Shown: piece by piece, positions 53,164 to 64,000 of the stretch | How positions within the stretch are numbered: the stretch's first letter is position 1 | Layout of the letters: every line of letters begins with the position of its first letter | DNA from: Trichoplax adhaerens | Lineage: Eukaryota; Animalia; Placozoa | Assembly (NCBI RefSeq): GCF_000150275.1 | Contig: NW_002060955.1 | Span: forward strand, 1,566,732-1,630,731 | Direction of reading: 5' to 3' | DNA length: 64,000 nucleotides | Position numbers and translations under genes: made by a program | The notes under the pieces: model-generated | Seen by the model: only the letters and a program-made list of their open reading frames with translations | Told to the model about the DNA's origin: nothing | The model's database searches: none

Positions 53164-53250
53164 ATGGCGGAAACAGGTGATCACGTGATGCTCCCAGAAC
53201 CAGCGCTTCTAGATGACATCATCACAACTGTTAAAGGAAGACTTGAATCT
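53164..53250 (+). CDS. Possible first coding exon of an unidentified gene, cut by the gap
   Basis: AACATGGCGG start context; open frame MAETGDHVMLPEPALLDDIITTVKGRLES runs into the Ns; no family recognised. Confidence 0.35.
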
Positions 53251-53300
53251 NNNNNNNNNNNNNNNNNNNNNNNNNNNNNNNNNNNNNNNNNNNNNNNNNN
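53251..53300. other. Assembly gap (50 N)
   Basis: Run of n. Confidence 1.
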
Positions 53301-54221
53301 AATAATTATAATTAATCATATTGTATTTTGGAAAGGAATCAAACATTTGTTCTATCTTCAGTATCTTGAATAGTACTGTATCATCCATAGTTGAATTCTC
53401 GAGAGACAATCCTATCGGCATCCCGAGGTGTATTTCCAATTTTAGCAAGGTCATCGTTGCAGGCGTTGCCCTCATCAAGACGGGACGCCATGCTACGCAG
53501 ACTAATTTCATGGCATCAGCGTTAGTTTGGCATAGTAAAGTGGACTGAATACACCAAAGAGTAAGTCTTGATTGAAGTGAGTATCATTTCTGTCTTGCAT
53601 AGCTTTAACTCATTCCTGATGGCGTGTTATTCTGATACACTTTGTTCGATTTCTAGCGTACAAATGGTTTGCAACTCTCAGATAACTAGGGCGAGAATAG
53701 CAAACAGCGATGCTTTGACGTGAATATCTACCGTTACTGATTCTTCTAACTCTTACCAGGGAGAACTCAAGCAAAAATATTACACCTTTTCCACCGTCTA
53801 CTCCTGTCTCTCTTACACTAATCTCCGGGGATTCGTGTAAGAAAAGAAGAGGGAGAGGAGTAGACGGTGGAAATACAGTAGTCACTGCTCTTACGTACGG
53901 ATGCTGATCTGATATGTAACAGAACGTAGCGTACACCAACTGATGAGAATATTGCGCTATGAGCATGACATTCTCCAATCATTTTCACAAATAGAAACAT
54001 TCTTGCATTGCTCGTATGTTAATCCTATTTGTGTGTGATTATGCATGTCCACATACAAAAAGAGTTCAACTCTATTTTGCAGATATAACCGTACTCTAGC
54101 TCTAGGTAGTGGTATGCAAAGAGCGGTTCTTGCTTGCCAGCGTCTCGTGTAGTGTAATATCATGAATCAAGTGCAGTCTTGAATTATAATTACCAACGCA
54201 AAACCTGAATGGCTTTCTTAA

Positions 54222-56288
54222 GGGTTAAGCATGGAGTTGCAAGACCGCACTGTATGTGTAAGTCTGCTCAGATGCAAGACAGCTAAGGTAGTCGTAGGGA
54301 TTGAAAGAGAAAAAGCCTTATGCCTTAGGCTGCTCAATTCAGCATGCAGTTGCAAGGCCGCACTGTATGCATAGTGGAAGTCTGTTCAGATGCAAGACAG
54401 CTAAGCTAGTCGTAGGGATTGAAAGAGAAAATGCTAAAGTGGAAAAAGGCTTGCGCCCTAGACTGTTCAATTAAGCATGGAGTTGCAAGACCGCACTGTA
54501 TGTGCAAGTCTGCTCAGATGCAAGACAGCTAAGGTAGTCGTAACGATTGAAAGAGAAAATGCTAAAGTGGAAATAAGGCTTGTGCCTTTGACTGCTCAGA
54601 TCAACATACAATTCCAAGGCCGCACCGTATAATTGCCCGTAGCATATACAGTACATGTGTATTAGCCCTAACCTTTTTGCATAAACTGCTTTGTACTCTT
54701 CGTTTAAGCTGTCCTACTGATATATTAGACATGTATATTGATATATCTAAAAATAAAAATCAAGAAATCTCATGCGGCACAAATCAAATTTGTGTCCTTT
54801 CCTTATCCCCGTGCGAGAAATTAGTTGTGGGGGCATTTCCAGTACTTTCTCATACTATAGGTAAACGGAGCCCCCAAATAATTTCCCGCACGGGGATGAT
54901 GCAGGACACAAATTTGATTTGAGCCGCGTGAGATAGGACGATTTCTTGATTTTTATTTTTAGATATGTCAATACATGTCTAATATATCAGTAGGACAGCA
55001 TAAACGAAGTGTACAAAGTAATTGATGCAAAATGGCCAGGGCTAATGTGCATGACGATGCAAGACAGCTAATCAGTAGTCGTAGGGATTGAAAGAGAAAA
55101 TGTTCAAGCCGAAAAGGCTTGTGCATCATGCTGCTTAATTCAGCATGCAATTTCAAGGCCGCACTATATACAGCACATACTGTAAGTCTGCTCTAGTGCT
55201 CACAGTTCCTGTACTGTAATAATGATTCATAAGTTGAGTATTTTACAGTGTGCATGACGATGCAAGACAGCTAATGTAGTCGTAGGGATTGAAAGAGAAA
55301 CTAGTGAAGTTGAAAAATGGCTTGTGCCGAAGACCGCCCAATTCAGCGTGCAACTCCAAGGCTGCATGGCAAAGTGGAACAACGCCAGTTATTCAATACG
55401 GATTGTATTTAGTGAAATCTTGAAAACTTTTTTCTAAATCCATTCGACGCATTAAATGTGTAAAGTAATGTTGTTTGAGCTTCATTAATTGAGCAGTCTA
55501 GGGCGCAAGCCTTTTTCCACTTTAGCATTTTCTCTTTCAATCCCTACGACTACCTTAGCTGTCTTGCATCTGAGCAGACTTCCACTATGCATACAGTGCG
55601 GCCTTTGCAACTGCATGCTGAATTGAGCAGCCTAAGGCATAAGGCTTTTTCTCTTTCAATCCCTACGACTACCTTAGCTGTCTTGCATCTGAGCAGACTT
55701 ACACTATGCATACAGTGCGGCCTTGCAACTCCATGCTGAATTGAGCGGTCTAAGGCACAAGGCTTTTTCCACTTTCGCATTTTCTCTTTCAATCCTTACG
55801 ACTACCGACTTAAAGAGACGAGATTACTGTAAAACCTATACCACTAAATAGTTCAATTCCAACGACCGAATACTATAAAATAATTCTAGCGGCACTGATA
55901 GTGTAGACGAGGTAGTCAGAGATTGACTAATATTGATTACTGAAGAAATCTTGACAAATCAATAGTAACAGACTACATCACGGCTGTCTTGCATCGCCAC
56001 GCATACTGCAACTCGACTCATGAATCGCTGCTAATTAATTGAGCAGTCTAGGGCGCAAGCCTTTTTCCACTTTAGCATTTTCTCTTTCAATCCCTACGAC
56101 TACCTTAGCTGTCTTGCATCTGAGCAGACTTACATTATGCATACAGTGCGGCCTTTGCAACTGCATGCTGAATTGAGCGGCCTAAGGCATAAGGCTTTTT
56201 CTCTTTCAATCCCTACGACTACCTTAGCTGTCTTGCATCTGAGCAGACTTACACATACAGTGCGGTCTTGCAACTCCATGCTTAACCC
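54222..56288. mobile_element. Foldback-like unit 2: inverted copy of unit 1 with extra subrepeats and a ~200-bp unique insert near 55810-55980
   Basis: Same TTAA-GGGTTAA / TTAACCC-TTAA ends. The central segment 54475-55490 is the reverse complement of 50986-52000. Confidence 0.55.
54661..55046. mobile_element. Mirror copy of the 386-bp palindromic MITE-like element
   Basis: Reverse complement of 51426-51811. Confidence 0.8.
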
Positions 56289-57821
56289 TTAAGAAAGCCA
56301 TTCAGGTTTTGCGTTGGTAATTATAATTCAAGACTCCACTTGATTCATGATATTACACTACACGAGACGCTGGAAAGCAAGAACCGCTCTTTGCATACCA
56401 CTACCTAGAGCTAGAGTACGGTTATATCTGCAAAATAGAGTTGAACTCTTTTTGTATGTGGACATGCATAATCACACACAAATAGGATTAACATACGAGC
56501 AATGCAAGAATGTTTCTATTTGTGAAAATGATTGGAGAATGTCATGCTCATAGCGCAATATTCTCATCAGTTGGTGTACGCTACGTTCTGTTACATATCA
56601 GATCAGCATCCGTATGTAAGAGCAGTGACTACTGTATTTCCACCGTCTACTCCTCTCCCTCTTCTTTTCTTACACGAATCCCCGGAGATTAGTGTAAGAG
56701 AGACAGGAGTAGACGGTGGAAAAGGTGTAATATTTTTACTTGAGTTCTCCCTGGTAAGAGTTAGAAGAATCAGTAACGGTAGATATTTACGTCAAAGCAT
56801 CGCTGTTTGCTATTCTCGCCCTAGTTATCTGAGAGTTGCAAACCATTTGTACGCTAGAAATCGAACAAAGTGTATCAGAATAACACGCCATCAGGAATGA
56901 GTTAAAGCTATGCAAGACAGAAATGATACTCACTTCAATCAAGACTTACTCTTTGGTGTATTCAGTCCACTTTACTATGTCAAACTAACGCTGATGCCAT
57001 GAAATTAGTCTGCGTAGCATGGCGTCCCGTCTTGATGAGGGCAACGCCTGCAACGATGACCTTGCTAAAATTGGAAATACACCTCGGGATGCCGATAGGA
57101 TTGTCTCTCGAGAATTCAACTATGGATGATACAGTACTATTCAAGATACTGAAGATAGAACAAATGTTTGATTCCTTTCCAAAATACAATATGATTAATT
57201 ATAATTATTCTACTGTACAGTATATACTGTACATGTATTATCTAAATCAATCAGAGCGAGAACTTGGCAAGAATGGCGACTGGGTTATCATCTAATTTCA
57301 ATACAGCATAATTAATTATTTTACAATTATGATAGAAAATTTTCGCTGCAGTTCTAACTGGCTATCGTCCATGACAGAGGTAAGAGAATAGGAGTACGAG
57401 TAAATATTACAACTCTACGTTGAGCACTTTCCGCTGTTAAAAATACCCTAACAATATACAGACAATATCCATACTTGGACAGTATAATAATATTGTATCA
57501 TTATTGAAGTCGAAAATTCTGATAATTAAAATGGACAAAAGCGTACAGTCCCCACTCAGTTAGGCAAAGAGTTAATTCTCATGAAACAATACGAAATGGA
57601 ATAGAACTAATTGTATTGTAGCAGCATTTATTCTCTAGCCATATTATATTGACTTATTTAGTGTTGAAAGATAAACTGAAATCATCAGTCTTACGGTAAA
57701 TGTCAACCAAAACTTTATAATTACATTGCTGCCCCTCTAGTTCATGATATGGATCGGCATTCTATCAAGCTATGCCCCAATAGTCACACTAATAATACTT
57801 CCAAAGAAACGCGTTTGCTGA

Positions 57822-58615
57822 AATAACTATTTCAAAGTCTGAAGAATTGAAAGTCTTTCTCAATCATAATCTATATTAATGGAATTATCGCATACTCATA
57901 CAATATCTCATAGAAATGGCGTTTTGTGAAATGCATCTCCAACACATTAAATTTCCGATTCATCCAATTAGGCTTATCCAAATTGGGCGTAAGAATTTTT
58001 TTAAATGGCATCACTTACTGTGGACCTGTAGAATGAAGCCGTTAACAAACAAGTGGCACAGCACTGCCCCATGTCTGCGTGACTATATCGTCTAAATTGA
58101 CAAGAAATAATGATGATTAAGGCCTAGTCGAAGCTTTTGTTCAATCGGACATCTTTATACAATCAATGGGATGAAAGAACAAGGATTTTCTATCTTAGCT
58201 TAGGTTCATTAATCTATTCAATAACTATTTCAAAGTTCGAAGAATTAAAAGTCTTTCTCAATCATAGTCTATATTAATTAATGGAGTTATTGCATACTCA
58301 TACAGTATCTCATAGAATGGCGTTTTGTGGAATGCGTCTCCAACACATTCAATTTTCCATTCATCCAATTAGCCTTGACCAAATTGGCTGTAAGAATTTT
58401 TTAAATGGCACCCCGCTTACTGTAGAATGAAGCCGTTAACAAACAAGTGGTACAGTGCTGCTCTATCTCTACGGGACTATATCGTCCAAATTGACAAGAA
58501 ACAATAACGACTAGGGCCTAGTCGAAGCTTTTGTTCAATCGGATATCTTTATACAATTAATGGAATGAAAAGAACCAGGGTTTTCCATCTTGGCTTAGAT
58601 TCATTAATCTAGTCG
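57822..58615. repeat. Diverged tandem duplication, ~398-bp period
   Basis: AATAACTATTTCAAAGT starts at 57822 and 58220. Collinear blocks include TGTAGAATGAAGCCGTTAACAAACAAGTGG and GGCCTAGTCGAAGCTTTTGTTCAATCGGA. Confidence 0.93.
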
Positions 58616-60042
58616 ATAATGGAATTCACGCCGGGCGTTGTTGATGAAAACGAGATCGCAGCTAGAGGAATAAATAGAAGGGTATTCAATATAAGCCATC
58701 AAAGGTCATCTCGACTACGGCGTGAAAATTGGTTTATTAAAATTAATGTCCCTCTACTTTTTTTCTCACTATTTTAACATACGAGATCAAGCTATCTAAG
58801 TTAGGGCGTTTTTAAAATAGTTCCACGTTAAAGGAAGCAGTCCAGTTGCCTCTATATCCGTCTAAAAGGTAGATCAATCATGTCTGAAATATCTACATAT
58901 TGAACTAGTTTGACTGTAAAATATAAAACAAACATGATTACTTAAATCCTATACCCAAAAAGCTAAACTAGTTACATGCTGTTTAAATTTACTTGATTTT
59001 CTTGTCATGAAACGCTGTAAATGGTAAGCTGTAAAGCAAACATTGCGCGAAAGAATACATTAACCTTCTGTGTTATAATAACGAACGATATCGTAAGATC
59101 ATGATGCTGCTTTCTACCATAATTCGATGAACCCAAACAGTATTTTTCCATTTTTAAGTGACACCTATAGAAATAAGTTTAACTATATCAAGATATCATT
59201 AATCAAGTATTTTATAGTAAATTGACTAAATGATCTACTAATAAATAGTTCAATACAACGTTTATGCTAATATCGTTGCATTTTTTAGTCATTGCTTGTG
59301 CTCATAATACAGTAGTGTGTAAGTCTATTTGTCTTTATTTTTATTTTATGAAACTGTTTACTTTACATACTTAGAAAGCTCTATTAAAGCTATTGTGAAT
59401 TCGGTGATATCATATAACTTACGAAATCAGTGGACACCGTCCTCTGCGGAGCTATTACAGTAACTAATTGTCACGGACTACTCTCCTTAGCAGATTGAAT
59501 GTGATAATAGAAGTAGGAATCAAATTAACAACGTTCGTTCAATTAGTTACTTTGTTAATACATGCAAGTTATATCAAAAATTACAAATTATGACGCACCA
59601 TACAGTAAACCCTATAAAGCAACAAGTTAGTCAATTTAGGAGTGTTACTGATTCCTTACATAGAGCTACCAAACATTTTCTAAGCTATCAAAGTAGTGTT
59701 TATAGTAATCTTGATGATTGTTGAATATTGCTATAATCCAATGAAAAGTCTACAGTGGTAGGGACTATACTGTATTTGACAATCTCAACTTTCTAGTCCG
59801 CTACATCTATTAGCTAAAGGTATTCATAAAGAGTAGCAATGCTTATAGTGGTGAATTTGAGTAAACAGTAGAATGATATTAACTCATATCGTCGTCAATT
59901 CTAGCTTAAAAACTTATTAGTAATTACTTGATATTAATCGATGTAATATCGATATTTATATTCATTCTTTCTCTTCTGGGCTTGTTTTATTTCCACTTAT
60001 AGAATCGATTGATTCAACTGCAGCTAAAAATATAACAACATC

Positions 60043-63000
60043 ATGAAGGTGCTAATAATAATAGCTATCCTTCTTTATTCTATTGGTTTATCGTATCAAA
60101 CAGGTTAGATATATATCGGTCTAGAAGTATCCAAACAGGCTTAAGCATAGTTGAATATTCAATAATCGTGTAGTCAAAGTATTTTTATTATGACTAATAC
60201 TTTTTACTCAGCCCAATGAAATCTAATTTCTAAGTATGAACATGTGTACGTACTTTCAGTACTATAGTCTATGGTAATTTTATTTTTGAATACAATAATC
60301 TTTAATCTATAATTGTGCCAGCTTGAAAAAATTGACATTACACTATTTGCATATCATTGCTTATCCAGTACTGCATTAGCAGTAATATAATCTATTAGTA
60401 AATATACACACGAGTAAAATGATATTATTTTAATTCAAAATGGAATTCTATATCAGTACATATCTAGTAATCCGTTAGCAGTAATAGATCTACTTAGTAA
60501 AATACATTAGCCCACAAGCATATTAGCCCCTAATTGAAAATAAAGTTTAAGCTTTATATTTGTAGAAAAATTTAAACATTCCATTAAATTATTTAGGATG
60601 TTTTATCACTAGGTGAGATTTGAGAAGCTAAAATACTGTACTGTATCGTATTAAATGAATATCAACCATCTACGTATGGCTATCGGATGCTGTTTGACTG
60701 TTTATGGCAGGGTAGTTTTCATTAGCTGTAGACAAGAATTTCCATTTCAGATCTTAATCTACTACTAGTCAGAGTCTAATTAGCAAACCTAACTATCGAT
60801 TTTATTACTATATAAATATCATTTCTCTAGCTATCCCAAAATGCTAATTAGTAAGCAACGTTTCATGGTAAATGTACTAACCTATTATATAAATAGAGAG
60901 GATGAGCTGCGCTAGATTAATTACTTGTTAATATAGTAGTGAGTGAAAAGTGTGTTGTATGATTTCCTAATTAATCATTGAATCTTCAGAAAAATGGAAA
61001 GATTTAGTATAATTGATACATAATTATGCAATATCGTATTTCTGATTGAAAAGGTCTTGTTTTACTACCGTATAAGTACGTAGGTACATTACACATTAAG
61101 TAACAGATTATAAATCACTAGTACAAACTCCCGTCGCTTTGCTGACGGTTTACGATAATGTACACATTTGTTAATAATTTACAGATAGTATTACCATTCT
61201 ATAATATACCCATTTATTAATAATTAACAGATAGTATAGCAGCATTATTTTCGTATTAGATATTTTAGTAAAGGTATAAATGAAATTTATTGCTAGATAT
61301 TGGTATAGTACACTGTAGAGTCATGGACTACTCAATAAGTATAGCAACATTATTTTCGTATTAGATATTTTAGTAAAGGCATAAATTTCATTTATACCTA
61401 GATATGGGTATAAACTACTGTATTCGCACATTACAAAATCATCGATTGTTACTAGCGAGTCAATATCACCTAAGTTTCCTATTTGATGTAATTGACGACG
61501 ATGATAGTTTCTCCTAAGATTACCTGGTGACTGATTCTGATCTCTAGGAGTACTATCTACTTCAGCATTCCTGATATTACTTACAGATTGATTTAATGTA
61601 CGTACTGATCGTGCATTTCCGCGTTGTTCACTTCGCTTTCGCCTATCAGATCGCTGACTAACTGACATTATCCTCTTAGAAACTTTTTTGTTATATGATA
61701 TATAGCAATCAAAAATAACCGGGACAGAGGAACTGCAGCAGGATAACACTACGAATTGCATGAGAGCAATAGAACTAATAGTACCTACTGATGTGTATCA
61801 ATCACTAATACCTTCTCAATAATATTTACATAAACCCTAGAGATCATTCATTTCTATACCAATTCAAATTTCGTTAAGTAACTTTCGTATTAGTATGTTT
61901 ACCGAATAAGAATGGTTACTATATACAGTATTAATGCTATGTTAAGGTTGGTAAGCGACACTGTCAAATATACGTTTATGCTGAATTTGTTAATAAAATT
62001 AACAGATAGTATTATCATTCGATATTATATATATCCCGGTAATAGTAATGTACTATGCTATATTAAGATTGGTTAATGGTATAAAGCACATTATGATAAC
62101 TAATGTACGGTGATGGACATACCAAGTTAAGATTAGCAGGTACTGTAAGATATCTACAGTGCGGTACAATGGCCTTAGTACTGTGGTCAATTCTATGCCA
62201 ATCATTATAGTTTGTCTAAGGGATCGCTTGCGTTTGCAAGCCAAGCTTGCTCTGTCAATAACAACCGTTATAAGAAAATATAACAATCAAAATGGCTGTG
62301 TAGAAAACTCTATAAAGATTCTATGTTTATTCAATTTTCATCTGAGTATTACATCAAACCAAAATTTAGAGGCCCAGTGGCCACCCTTAGCGATATAACG
62401 AATACTATTTTAAAAATTACTACTCTGCAGAAATTACTACCTTAGAGCTATTCGTTTTTGGGTGGGTGGCTGGGATAATCATGAAATACAATGAACTTGT
62501 ATAATGGTAATACATGTATACCAATTATAACTTGATGAATGAATTTATTACCATCTACAACAGTTATAATATCAAATAGAAATTATACGATAATATCATG
62601 TATCATTTAAAATCTAGAATATCCAAGAATAATACAACATCCGAAAAGTGTTAATATTATCTATGGAAAAACACTTACACTGCAATGTAATGGAACTAGT
62701 AGTCCTATCGCTAACGTAACTTGGCTGAAAGATGGCAATCCACTGACAAGTTATGATGATATGAAGTTAATTTTGAACTTTTACGTTTATAGTCGTCTGA
62801 CTATATCAAATATAACTACACAAGATGAAGGATTATATCAATGTCGTTACGATAATATAATAGGATCAATCACTAGCGAAGTCGCCACTGTTACGATTTA
62901 CGGTAAGCGCAATACTTGCTATAAATTATTCTTTAACAGAATTATAATTATGATTTCAAAATATCAGTAGCTTCCTCTAGTCGAGGTATATTCATGGTAT

Positions 63001-63907
63001 TACAATCATTATCTATTGTAATTTATGTAATTTAGGGTATTTTATTACAACGATATCTTAGTCGCTGTAATTAAATTTAGTAAATTTATACCAAATAACC
63101 TTAATAATACAGTTAACGAATTAAGATTTCTTTGACTGATATCAGAATTATGTATGAGTACATAGCACATATGCTACAATAGCATACCAGAAGCGAATCA
63201 AAAATACAGATTAGGAAATTTTACATTTATCGATAATTATCGCAGCTATTAAGCGACACAAAGTTAAAAGTAAAGTATTGAGAACAGAGTATCTAATCAT
63301 AAAATGATAACCCGCCCAAAATGTTTGGAATACAACATTAATTAAACCTAGTCGCTGTATTTACGGTACTTAAACTGTGCAAGAAATCCTTAAGAATCAG
63401 AAGTATAGATTTTAGTATGAGTATGAATATTAGCGATCGACCTTCTTAGACAGGTAATTTACTCATATTTATACTTTAACTAAACCATTTTAATTTTATT
63501 TAACTAACACAATTCCTACAAATACTCACTTAGTAACAGACCTTATATCACAAATTACAGACATAACGGTAACTTGTTATTACACCAGCGCGAACGCTTA
63601 CTCGTACAGTATTACAAACAGTTGATTCGCACGATTACTGACAAGTGTTTATATTATTACTTTCGTCTTAGATTCCGAAACGGCGCAGAGTATCGGAAGA
63701 GAATTTCATTTTGGATACTTAGATACTATTCGAAGCGCTGCAATACCGTTTGCTGTCATAACAGCTCTTAGCAAATCTACTGGTATTAATATTACGAATA
63801 ATCATGATAAGACGTCAACTCTGTATAACATTTCGTTATACAATTCATTGACTATAACACTTGCAAGCAACTTAGAAAATACAGCATCAGGAGTAACTTC
63901 TGCTTAG
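60043..63907 (+). CDS. Secreted or cell-surface Ig superfamily protein (partial): signal-peptide exon 60043-60103, I-set Ig exon 62618-62902, probable IgGFc-binding-like exon from 63672
   Basis: MKVLIIIAILLYSIGLSYQT with phase-1 donor; PRIIQHPKS..LTLQC..VTWLKDG..SRLTISN..DEGLYQC..SEVATVTIY bounded by phase-1 AG/GT; DSETAQSIGREFHFGYLD..VITA open from a phase-1 acceptor. The Ig exon is secure; linkage of the three exons is inferred. Confidence 0.75.
61118..61800 (-). mobile_element. Helitron-like relic in the intron of the Ig gene (3' end defined, 5' end approximate)
   Basis: Minus strand CCGTC-AGCAAAGC-GACGG hairpin (61131-61148), 9 nt, CTAG (61118-61121), then T. Internal ~45-bp direct repeats at 61238 and 61343. 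Co-oriented ORF at 61321-61761. Confidence 0.6.
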
Positions 63908-64000
63908 GACCGAGCGTGTCCTGCCTGTTTGCGCGCCGTCGTTGATCCAGGCCAGGACACCTCAGTCACCCGAAGATCTCTTGCGCCTGCCGCTTTTGCA

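Larger units (their letters stand above)
53301..57209. repeat. Large inverted repeat C: arms 53301-~54474 and ~56035-57209
   Basis: Reverse-complement arms. Mirrored ORF pairs (53978-/56532+, 54163-/56347+, 53511-/56999+) differ at only a few residues. Confidence 0.95.

Noticed and set aside
53939-53990. CTGATGAG as a hammerhead ribozyme core
   Set aside because: No GAAA after the candidate stem II and no closing stems I/III.
50490-56290. 120-bp repeats as a CRISPR array or a coding repeat protein
   Set aside because: No unique spacers, eukaryotic context, and unit lengths vary out of frame. The short Cys-rich ORFs here are mirror-image by-products of the duplications.
57240-57740. Small minus-strand exon candidates upstream of arm C
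   Set aside because: Several incompatible phase chains are possible and none could be supported.
1-64000. tRNA, rRNA, snRNA genes
   Set aside because: No cloverleaf or conserved rRNA/snRNA motifs seen by eye; tRNAscan-SE and Infernal were not run.

Overview
AT-rich eukaryotic (animal) DNA with short introns and intronless GPCRs. The style suggests a placozoan such as Trichoplax; this is an inference, not verified. 1-34 kb is gene-poor and TE-littered. It holds a tandem array of five same-strand class A GPCR paralogues (three intact, two pseudogenes, one of them missed by the ORF track and split by a solo LTR). It also holds a degraded Ty3/gypsy pol relic with integrase upstream of RT (Gmr1-like order), at least four solo LTRs with 5-bp TSDs, and a Helitron-type 3' end. 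34.8-49.7 kb holds three spliced housekeeping genes: MRPL27 (-), ILK (+, 13 coding exons, one GC-AG intron, K220-equivalent replaced by R) and VAMP7 (-). A tandem-repeat block lies between the divergent MRPL27 and ILK. 50-57.2 kb is an interlocked set of about 99%-identical inverted duplications around a 50-N gap. It is built on two foldback-like units with ~120-bp subrepeats bounded by CTTAAGGGTTAA and carries two kinds of MITE; it may be real or a mis-assembly. 60-64 kb is the 5' part of a secreted or surface Ig-domain gene with a probable IgGFc-binding-like exon, an intronic Helitron relic and an abrupt GC-rich final ~95 bp. No tRNA, rRNA or CRISPR was found. All alignments and translations were done by eye.
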